A stretch of DNA of 32,680 bases, from contig JABANN010000400.1 in NCBI GenBank assembly GCA_013115125.1, forward strand, positions 1 to 32,680. The letters run 5' to 3'. Positions 22,994-32,680 of the stretch are shown one piece after another (position 1 is the stretch's first letter; every line of letters begins with the position of its first letter). The notes under the pieces are model-generated. The model was given only the letters and a program-made list of their open reading frames with translations. It did no database searches and was not told where the DNA came from. Both the position numbers and the translations under genes were made by a program. Source of the DNA: Perkinsus olseni. Lineage: Eukaryota.

Positions 22994-24583
22994 CTATGCG
23001 TCATCAACCCCGCTTCCAGCCGACGTACCTATCACAATCGATCACCAAGGCGAGCGCTACTTACACCCTCCCAACCCTCACTTGCATCACTATGAAGGCG
23101 TTGCCTAATGCCATTGCCTTGTTTGTTGCCTCTAGCACTTCGGCCGGGTAAAGGCTGTTTGACGACGACGTTGTTGCTCTTCATCGTTCTGGCCTCCTCA
23201 GGACACATAACGTAAGTTTTGTGAGACTCTTCAGCGACAATGCGCGGTAGTACGGAGCTTAGCTTTGACAGCTGCTTCGACAAATCGTCCACCGAGGGAA
23301 CCTGGAGGATCCGTGCCATCAATCAACCCCACTCTCATAGTACTGATTTCATCTTAACGCATTTGACGTAGCTTCTCGGTAAGAGCCTCGACAGCAGTCT
23401 TGCCGGGTTCAAGTCGCATCTACTGTTTCCTACCAGTACCTACACCAACTGGACGAGTGCGCCGCAAAATACCGTGTAAAATTTCTCACCAGACTAACAT
23501 GCCCGCCATCGGTACGCTCACGCCGGCACTTCAAGGCACGAGCCATTGAACGGGCTTTACTAGCCAACCCGATGGTACTCTTAACTTCCACCCTTGGGTT
23601 AATACCATCAATTAGGGGTAGAATGCCAGAGGAGGATCTACGAAAAAACACGACCAGTTCTTGCTACAGCCAATCGGGCAATGATTCGGCCATTATCCGC
23701 CTCAGCCACGATTTAAAATCTCGACTTAGCATCATTCCGAGGGTTTGCAATTCACTAAGAGTGTACTTACAAAATTGCCGGAGGACAATCTTTGAAAAAC
23801 AAGATCAGATCGTTCGCAGTGAACGGTTCAATCGCCACGCCAAGCTATGAGTATTAATCAAATTGCAATCACCCGCAGTCAAAACGCAGAACAGCTCTTC
23901 AACAGTATGCTTACAAAATTTCCGATAGATTGACTAAGCCTGGCCACCTCTCCTACCTCCGGGCACACTTATAAACCCAGGCCGGATCGGCAGCAGTTAC
24001 GATATGGACCTTGCTGCCCTTACTCATATCCACTGCTTCTCGAAGAACTCTCTCAGCAGCCTCTAAGCAGGACCTGGCACCAGCATATTCTATAACAGTG
24101 GCGTACCCATTCAGCCACTAGCGAATCGCTCTCCGAGCCCGAATTTTTATCTCAACAACTAATCCCTCAAGACCTTACGAGAATCTACAGAAATATTTTA
24201 AGGGAAAGTTTGATGCACTGGATATAGTAAATTTTGTCCGCAGTGATCCCAAATATCCTTTAGTCACTCCCGTACTATGTTCAAATTTCTGTGTAAATAT
24301 ATCACGAGAAAAAAGTCGCAAACAATCGGAGAACTGATTCGAGCGGCACTTACAAAAAAGCAGCCTCAGCCTTGTCTGCCTCCGCCTCATCGAGAGTGCT
24401 GTGCTCAAGGAAGGCTGTAGTAGGAAATAAGGTATCATCCCAGTCGAATATGAATAGGGATGGTCGCCCCCGTATAGGGGGCTCAATACTGCCCTCCTCC
24501 GCGCCATCCTCACAACAGCACAACGAATCACTGTGACCACCAACAGGGGCACCAGTCACAGCTGATGATGACGCTGACATCAT
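22994..24583 (-). CDS. HAD-like protein of the DWDDT type (uncharacterised protist family); multi-exon
   Basis: First exon PSLFIFDWDDTLFPT (HAD motif I DxD); later exons LFCVLTAG, SKARSMARAL, YVKCVKMK|VPSVDDLSKQLSKLSSVLPRIV. The stop near 22994 is inferred. Confidence 0.65.
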
Positions 24584-24685
24584 GAAAGAAAGAGGCCCAA
24601 CTAGCAGAGAACAGTATCATAATCCCGTATCATCAGAGATAACACAACGCGACAGCGTCGAGACTATCATGTATCATGAGGACCA

Positions 24686-27600
24686 TCATCCTAGGAGTAA
24701 ACTCCGTCTCCTCTTGTTGGACTTAGAGCCCTCAGAAACCTGTGAATGCCTGTGACTAAGACGAGCCCCACTTAAGCTCTTGCATTTTTAGCTGCTGATA
24801 CTCGAGCGCTTCAGACTCTAGGGACGTCCCGTAGAAAACGCTCTGCCCCATTGAGTAGTCGAGCTACCATTAGTAGTCCACTATTAGTGATCTGCAGTAG
24901 TTTTATTTCGCCGCACAAGTTTGCCGAAGTTTTGACTAATTCGTCGAATTCAGACAGCGCCAAGTCACTATGATGCATCCAGTACGCCCACACCGACCGA
25001 AGCAACCAGCACCGCCTGACTACGTCCAGCGTTGTGTCGATTTCACGAAGTTCCTGGAAGGCCGGTATCAAGAGTTGAGGATTGGACTCGGCCAGTTCAG
25101 TAAACTTCTCCATCGATATCTTAGCTCCAACCGGCAGCTTCACTTCTCCATAAAGTACCTCAGCTCGCCGTTCTAACCATGCTTCAGATATGTCACCTAA
25201 ATTGCCGCCGTTGAAATCGACAGTGACTGCAAGGCCGTACGTGGTCCGGGTTCGGGTACTGCTACTCCTCAACCGGGAAAAATATCACGACAAACACATA
25301 AAATTGACATTTTGCGGCCCAGCGTTCAACATGCGTCATCAGCCCAGCGCACAACGTGTACTACCAGGCGAGTTGGCCCTGAGAATTTTCAACATCTCAG
25401 CCTTGTCAATGAAGCCACTGCCGTCCTCATCGAACATCATGAAGGCAAACTTCAACTTGTCCTTCGGAGGTGCATCGGTATGGGTGGATAACCCAACTAA
25501 AAGGATAACCATAGACACGAGTATTGACAAAAGTCGAAAAACAGCTATGTCATACCAGCTAGCTAGACAGAATAGCAGTATGTCCAGCCAACTTAGGAAC
25601 CATCCCACGACGATCTTTTCGTGTGGATTAAACGCTATAAAGTTTTCGCATCAATCTGATGCTCTCAAACGTGTCCATATTTCTGCTACTGAATTCGCGC
25701 CTGTAGCTAACCTACACCAAAGCACCGCTCAGGCCCAAGAAACTGGACATCCTCGAGTGTAAAACAAGCGAGCTTCGTGATGACATCCGGAAATCACGCT
25801 CGCCGTGAAAAATCCACGTCATACCAGTATGCATCGAGCCCCCTAACTAACCTATGAATTCCTTAACATCTATTTCCCCCGATCCATCAGTATCGAATAT
25901 GGCAAACAGCCGCCGAAGCATCGGAGTATCCTCCTTCAGAAGTGCCTACTGTTGTCGCTACGTGGTGTGATGAATATCCTACTGCAACACCTTCCTGAAT
26001 TCCTCGTAGTCTATCATTCCCGAGCCATCCTTATCGATCTCCTGAAACTTGTGAAATATCTTTTTGATCTGCGATGGCTTGACGCTCGACCCAGCCTCGC
26101 TCTCGGTGAAGGCAGTAAGGATATCACGCCTGGAATCTCGCGTTAAACCGCCGACAAATCGGGCTGAAGAGAGACCACTATCATCTCGGATAATGCTCCA
26201 GGATAATTCAACAATCACCTTCTTTGACTTGATTTTCCCTCTGCTCTACAGCACGCTCGAACTCCACTTCGAAGTCGGGATTATACCCGTACCTATCAAC
26301 GCCGTCATTCGCGGGTCATTTCAGGTTACTGAAAAATCCCGAACGGAAAAGTTCATGTGCATAAGTGGTAGTAGAATCAGCGGTAGGAGTAGTCCTAGTC
26401 TCAGGAGTCCTCTAAACGGTTGGTTGAAGTCGGTTAAGGAAGATTTTGAGGATCGTGCTGGGGTATGGAGGCGCGTTCCGAAGGATGATATGAATAGAGC
26501 CCCATGGCACAAATTCACCCTTATTCGAGGTGCGCACGTCCCCTAGATGGATATAAGCGCCTATTGACTGAGTAGCGTAGCGGGCCGATCAAAATAAGCC
26601 TAAACTACGAGCAAGCCCCAGTTATCCTAGTGATAGTATCGGAGCAATACGGCATCGTTACGCTGGTATCTTGATCGTTACTTAGCATGATAATCCCACA
26701 GCGACATCCTCTGCTTCGTCCTCTCTTCCAGTTCCACATTGCGGAATAGTAATGACGGCTTCAAAAACAACTCTGCGAACTCTCGGTAACTGATAAGTCG
26801 GGTAGCACATTCCCAAGGAAGGTCACCGGGCGAGCGCTACTATGAGCCAAAACTCGCTCGCCCAAGCGCATGACAAAAAGCGCGCGCCCTAAATCGTCAG
26901 ACAGCACTTAACGTAGCCGCTGCCGTTATTATCGACCATCCTGATCATCTCTTGTATCTCTTCGGTAGTGACTGCTTCTCCCGACAGAGCTAGTACTCGC
27001 CGTAACTGCGAAAAGCACTAATGATGAGTGATTAATGGTAGGAATTGATTTCTCAGAAACAGACCACCACTTCTGTCCTACAATTTGACGCTGGCACGAC
27101 GCCCAGCCAGTGGCTGGCAGCCACTGTGATGCTCACGGCTACGCTATCGAGCGGAATAAGTCGGTCTAATTGGCATGATTGATGACAACCCTGGGAAGTA
27201 CCACGCAGAGATTCGTAGACATAATTTCCATTAATCTGCGATTTTACTAAGCAGATGCTGACTGGCCTTTGCCCCTAACAGTGAACACCGGTAAAAGTCT
27301 AACTAGGCCAGAACCGGCGTTGGGCTACTTGAACTCACACGCGAACTGTCCCCTCCGCCTATGAACAACATAGACAGTGCTTCACGGTAACTCACGTCAG
27401 ATTCATCAAGATAGCCGTTGCCGTCGGAGTCAATACTCCTGAATGCTTCAGCGATCTAAAGTGAACCCGATCACATCAATCGCCGCAGGGCTGTTCTCGT
27501 TACCTGTTCATTGGTGAAAAGATTCTCTTGTATCCCCGGTATCAGGAAGGCGTCCAGAACGGAAGGATCTCCAGCTCGACCGTTGCGCTGAACAGACTCA

Positions 27601-27759
27601 CATCACCACTCACGCGCCCTTGGGGCCCGCAAACAACAAAACAGAACCTACGAAGTAAATGGATGAGCTAATCTCGCTAACTTGGCGCATCGGAATTGGT
27701 AATTTTGGCACTACAGCCTTCTCTTCGGAGGTTTCTGAGGTATCGGAGTCCGTGCTCAT
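24686..27759 (-). CDS. Multi-EF-hand Ca2+-binding protein (calmodulin-like pair plus calcineurin-B-like C-terminal part); multi-exon
   Basis: Five canonical loops: DSDGNGYLDESD (~27400-27430), DNNGSGYVNYRE (~26770-26940), DKDGSGMIDYEE, DTDGSGEIDVKE, DEDGSGFIDKAE; KLKFAFMMFD. Start MSTDSDT at 27759 and stop at 24686 are inferred. Confidence 0.75.
27103..27124. repeat. 22-bp excision-type scar, 8-mer CCAGCCAC (intronic, EF-hand gene)
   Basis: CCAGCCA GTGGCTGG CAGCCAC, perfect. Confidence 0.9.
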
Positions 27760-28799
27760 GACCAAAGAGTCAACCTCCACCTGTAGGCTCTTTCCGGAAA
27801 TCGGGAGGTGGCTCTCTGCTTCCTGCCAGTGGTGGAGGCAGTTGGGCCTGTTTCATGGGTGAACGGTTACCGTCACGGAATATCGCGGGAAGGGAGGCCA
27901 GTGAACTGAAGTCGTGAGCTTGCGCTAAAACGTCATGATGATACGATGGCAGCTCTTTTTCGGCTTCGAGTGCCCGACGCTGTATTAGGAGAGAACCTGT
28001 TCGTAACACGGAGGGTAATAACTCTAAATTTGCGTGCGACTGGCTCAGTAAATTACGAGACTGAACACAAGAGCGATCTCAGGGGGTACACACTTGTCAA
28101 TGTTAAGCTTTTTGAGCATCGTGGAGAGATGAAATAGTATGAGAACCGTGATGTACATAATATGCGGACATCAGCCCTGAAAAAAGTGCATGATCGAAGT
28201 TTCTTTCATTTGGAGTAGCTACCACACGGTAAATCCAGCATCACAATACGCAATGTGATGGAAAAGGTCAAACCTGGGATCCTAAGGTGGTTCCAGGACC
28301 CACCTCTCTGAGTGGGCCTCTCATGGACTACTGCAACGCTCGAACCGCAAGGGCAAGCTCTGTTAGGACGGCCTAGTAAGTACGAGGATCCCGATCAGAT
28401 CACGCTTTTCGTGGCATTGTCATGGATAGAGTTACTCCTAAACCCACCGACGCCAAAACATTTCAGGTATCTAAACATCATTGTTAAGTGTCCATGTAAC
28501 TTTCTACCAAGTAAAATAGTCGGACTATGATAGTGTAACGCTAGGCACCCCTCTGTCCTCGTCGTCATTGTGCACATACAGACTGAAACTCATTGAGCTA
28601 CATCATCACCGCAAAACTAAACGGCGGCTCTCGTATCATCCGACTTGACCATCTTAGCAGAATATGAAAGGTCTGCGCCTCGGGCCCGGTAACCATGCGT
28701 AGTAACTGTAGCCATTTGACGGGCAGGAGGCTAACAATACAGGCTCATGGATGAGGAGTCACGCATCAGGCTCATCGTGCGCATTCTACAATGACCCAT

Positions 28800-30510
28800 T
28801 ACAGCCAACGCACCCGAGTTACCGTCATGAACACAGTGGAAACACTTGGAGGTAACAAACGCAAGACGGTTGCGGAGATTGGCGCCGGCTATTAGGCGCC
28901 GTTAATCCTTCCGCAGCCTCGTTGGGAACCTTCTACAATGCAATTTCGGTAGTAGAACTCTATAATGAGAATACACTGTAGGTGAAAGATTAGCCGGGAG
29001 GGCAGCAGCCGATGCTCGGCACCTCTTCCGATGAAAGCGAAGGCGGAGCAACTCTCGAGCTGCCGGATGCGCTCGAAATCTCCAGGCCATGATAAGTAAG
29101 CGCCTCTACCAGCTGTGGATCAAGAGCGGACAAAGGGGTCATTATGAAGGAACATGCCGCCTGTGATTGGTTTTAAGCCTGAGCCTTACAGTGAGAATCA
29201 ATAGCTTCGCTGACAACTTGATCCATTCCGCCGCAGCAGTCCCTTGGGCTACTTTCCCTATAAGTTTACCCGTGAGTGGGCTACGATTACGGCTCTGGGA
29301 ACAACTTCGATGAGAATATCCCAAGCAGGTCCTGAGCGAGCCACTTGCAAGGAGGTTAATTCGCCTAGAAACGACGCTTCGCGGAAATATTGAGGAATGA
29401 GACATCCGCAATTCTGTTGTTTCTGTCCACCATTCCCCGCCTCCAGTGACTGGAGGCTCCAGACCTTCAGACCAGAAGTAAGTTAGGCCGTAAGTTACGG
29501 CGCCGTTGATCGCTTCTCCTCTTGTCCTTCCGCCAGTCGATTTCAAGCCAGTCATTCTCTTCTGCCTCAGACAAGCCAGACAATCCCATTCTGTCAGGGA
29601 AAACCACCTTGGATGCATCAAGCGACGAATCGAATGAGGAGTTCAGTTCTACACCAGCAATCCCAGACGTAGCCGCAGTTTCAACTTTTCAGCCATAAAC
29701 CCTCCTAGGGAGCGATGAACCTCTTCAACCTGGAAATGCGGCGAATGAGCAGTAGCAGACGTCGCTAGCGAGGAAGGAATGGGCCACTAGTAGTGGTCAT
29801 GATGGCAGGATGACTGAACGTGAGGCTTTACAATTACGAACACACGTCGCCTAAGTGATCAGGCCCACCAACCCTGCTTGGAAAAAATTCTTCGTCAACG
29901 TCTTCCGAAGACCGACTGAGGGACGGAACTCTTCTAGCGACATTGTCCGACAATGATTGCCGCGGCGGAGGTATGACAATGCCGCGGCTGTCGCTGCGAC
30001 AACAAGCGGTAGATGACGAGGCATTCTCCGATCTGATTTTGAGGGCCGGCCGGAACATCTTCTCTCGGCTCGGCCTAAAGCGTAGTCCGATTTGAGTGGT
30101 CCGAAAACCGCCATCTACTAAACGCTGTTAGCCTGGATCCAAGCTGCGTATATCTCCGATATGAACGCTTCGCCAATCAAACTCAGAATGGCAAACGCCG
30201 ATGCCAAGTTGACCCGTTGAGGCAGACCTTCTAAACTGACTCCCACCTCACTTTCAAGTCTCTAGAATACCGCTCCTCTGGCCTCTCTTTCTCCGCAGCA
30301 CAGCGATCTATCTCCCATTTGAGCATATCCGTGTATTTCATCGAACCCTCCCCCTGGCAAGCCCGCTGTAATTCAGAAGGCATCCTGTCGAAACGTGTCC
30401 GAAATTTCAGTACTTCGCTAATCGACGCATTTCCTATTGATAACCCAGAAGGCCCAGCAGGCAAACGGCGAGAAGCTGTGTATCGGATACATTGTGCCCA
30501 AAAACAGCCG
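28800..30510 (-). mobile_element. Heavily decayed retroelement-like (gag/pol-like) relic
   Basis: Intronless, stop- and frameshift-ridden peptide fragments (YTDMLKWEIDR...RDLKVRWESV; ENDWLEIDWRKDKRR; VVSRRINLL); no intact RT/IN motif or LTRs seen. Confidence 0.3.
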
Positions 30511-30596
30511 GTCTAGTTCATAACTCATAGCTTATGATTCATGAGCAGCCTGCGCAGTGCGTAGTACTCACCCCTCACTCATCATCTGGGGTGATA

Positions 30597-30618
30597 CCCC
30601 AGGCCCTGGGGCCCAGGG
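30597..30618. repeat. 22-bp excision-type scar, 8-mer CCCCAGGG
   Basis: CCCCAGG CCCTGGGG CCCAGGG, perfect. Confidence 0.88.
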
Positions 30619-30704
30619 GTATTTCAAATCTGTGACATTATAAATGAGCTTGTACTGATTGCACAGTAATTCACTGACGGCGAGCAGGCTCTTCATATTA
30701 TGAA

Positions 30705-30753
30705 GGGAACTAGGGACTACTTTATGAAGTTCATAAAGTAGTCCCTAGTTCCC
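30705..30753. repeat. Perfect palindrome, 24-bp arms, 1-nt centre
   Basis: GGGAACTAGGGACTACTTTATGAA G TTCATAAAGTAGTCCCTAGTTCCC. Confidence 0.95.
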
Positions 30754-31265
30754 CGTTCTTGTATCTTCCGTTCGCAGTCGTGATGAATGCCCTTGAGGTA
30801 CGCAACTGAAGTGTGCAGCATGTCGCATGAACTATTACAGACTTGAGAGAACTCATTCATGCTTGTGGAGACATCGCGGAGACACTAGCCTATGCCAATT
30901 CGGAATGGGAACAGTGCCCAGTGGCCACCACTGGTGGACCAAGAGTCATGCGAACACAGATGCAGGTTTACCTTCTCTTCTTGCTGATCAGTCTTTTGGA
31001 TCGATTGATCGTGGCTCCGAGAAATTCTCAATTGGCTCCTCCTATAGCAACCTCATAATGCTTTGATACGTTCCCAGCTTCCGTGCCGTCCACCTAAGAC
31101 TCAGCTAAGCGTCGAGCTGAATCGTACAGCTGATTTTCTCCCAGGGTGCGAGAGTAAGTGCGTCGGACTGTCAGATTTGGACTCACTTGCGTAGCAATCT
31201 TGTTCCTCAGCCGCATCGCTATTCTCACAAGCAGTCTTAAAACGCTTCTTTCGGGAATGGAGGGT

Positions 31266-31287
31266 CTCTCACAGTGAGAGTCTCACT
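31266..31287. repeat. 22-bp excision-type scar, 8-mer CTCTCACT
   Basis: CTCTCAC AGTGAGAG TCTCACT, perfect. Confidence 0.9.
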
Positions 31288-31308
31288 CCCATCTTTTCAA
31301 CTTGAAAA

Positions 31309-31330
31309 CTACAAAGTTTGTAGTACAAAA
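31309..31330. repeat. 22-bp excision-type scar, 8-mer CTACAAAC
   Basis: CTACAAA GTTTGTAG TACAAAa (A-run expanded before the final C). Confidence 0.75.
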
Positions 31331-31496
31331 ACATACGACATAAAATGAATATGTCCAACATCGTCGGCCGAGATACACCATTACCTCGTTCTAGAAAATC
31401 CTTATAAGATTATCCTTTCCTTTGGATATTGTAGCGAACTAGCTTACATTAGCTAAATTGCATTAAATGCAAGCCAGGAAGGTAGCTATATCAGCC

Positions 31497-31524
31497 TGCT
31501 AGTCACTAGCAGTAGCAGCTAGTG
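31497..31524. repeat. Excision-type scar, 8-mer TGCTAGTG, with a 6-nt internal duplication
   Basis: TGCTAGT CACTAGCA gtagca GCTAGTG. Confidence 0.7.
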
Positions 31525-31951
31525 GGATCTCCTATTGTTCCGATAATATTCTGGCGGAATAATTTCGCAGAAGATACTACCCGAGGCCAGCGGCTGAACT
31601 CTACTCTGCCGAACTGAGGGTTTCCCAGAGTTTCTGTCGTCGTAACTGTGTAACCTTGTCGCCAGACGGAGCCGAAGTTCTTCTGTTATTGTCTCGCCAC
31701 GAGACTCTCGCGCATTTTGGCTCCCTCAGCCTTATCCTGCTCATCTGCGTAGCGAGCCATTTGTTCCTGACCACATGCCGAGAAACGCGTTCGTGGTGAC
31801 TTGACACGTACAATCGACGATCAAGCGGCTCGAGCGGCTCAAGCAGCTCGGCTTCCTTTTGCTCAGAGAAAATTGCTCCAATTATTTTATCACTTCTCGT
31901 AGCCTCGGAGCGTATCTCATCGGCAAGCTCATCATTTCTCATCGGCATTTC

Positions 31952-31973
31952 TCATCTACTAGATGACATCTAA
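31952..31973. repeat. 22-bp excision-type scar, 8-mer TCATCTAG
   Basis: TCATCTA CTAGATGA CATCTAa, 1 mismatch. Confidence 0.78.
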
Positions 31974-32397
31974 GAGTACCTGATGCCGATGCGGTTCCGG
32001 TCGGTTTACTTTGGCTACGCAGAGACAGCTGTCTTGCGAGCCGCGGTTTCCTATACATATTATAATAAGCGCCAAATATCAATGTCAGAAGAGTGTGTCA
32101 CTCAGTGTGAGAAGGGATCGGTCAATCACCTTCCGCAGTGCGGCCTTCTCTTTCAAAAAACGACAGACTGGATATTCTTTCTTTTGACGCTTCAGCCGAA
32201 TGCTTTGCCTGAGGTGCACAAGCACATCAAGCCTTCAACTTGAAAGAGCCTTGTTGAACGCGATGAGCACGAAGGATGAAAGCGCGCGCTTCCGTTCCGT
32301 GGTGAGCGTGCAGCTCTCCTTTCGTCATCATTGATGAGACACCAATATACCAAGTATACTTCTTATACCATTCAGACCTCTATTTGGCGCGTGAGAC

Positions 32398-32419
32398 CGC
32401 TCATCATGAGCGGCTCATG
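32398..32419. repeat. 22-bp excision-type scar, 8-mer CGCTCATG
   Basis: CGCTCAT CATGAGCG GCTCATG, perfect. Confidence 0.9.
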
Positions 32420-32680
32420 GCAGGCGGTGCCGCTACCATGGGGAAGAAATGGTAAACGCGAATGATGAGTGTGACAGAAGGGTACTGAAGAGATGCGTCA
32501 GTTATAGCATGACCATGTTGTGCAGCGCCAGCCGGGCGCGAGCTGTTAGCGTCGTGAGTTCGCTCGCCTGTGACGCCTGATTGTTGATCGATAGCTCATT
32601 GTTCATTGGAGACTTACTCAGTCTCGTTTTTACCTTCCTGCACATCATCGTCAGCTGCAGACATATACCTCTCAACTTAT

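Noticed and set aside
28705-28720. ACTGTAGCCATTTG, resembling the 5' half of the perkinsid/dinoflagellate spliced leader
   Set aside because: The 3' half (GGCTCAAG) is missing and no gene follows. Other partial hits (~3418, ~26845, ~31713) are at chance level.
30705-30753. Long hairpin as pre-miRNA, terminator or CRISPR-like repeat
   Set aside because: It has a 1-nt loop, is single-copy, has no spacers, and is fully explained by the excision-scar geometry.

Overview
Eukaryotic, intron-rich genomic DNA (many 41-60 nt GT-AG introns). It is most likely from a perkinsid alveolate (Perkinsus-like); this is inferred from intron size and a characteristic secreted-protein family. Left arm, + strand: a frameshifted secreted-protein gene and a secreted PI-PLC-X-type phosphodiesterase. 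From 5.4 to 27.8 kb there are eight consecutive - strand genes: TMEM245/AI-2E-like membrane protein (split by a ~1.9 kb insert), galactokinase, YccF-domain protein, SmE, OXR1/TLDc protein, short phytochelatin-synthase-like protein, DWDDT HAD-like protein and a five-EF-hand protein. One tRNA-Pro(AGG) lies on +. The last ~4.5 kb looks like decayed mobile DNA. The most striking signal is non-coding: at least 10 perfect and 4 near-perfect 22-bp scars built as [8-mer bases 1-7]+[reverse complement of the 8-mer]+[8-mer bases 2-8], each from a different 8-mer, plus two long-palindrome variants. This is the product expected from hairpin-type (hAT-like, 8-bp TSD) transposon excision repaired by annealing through the target-site duplication. 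Exon boundaries were read by eye and some N-termini are uncertain.
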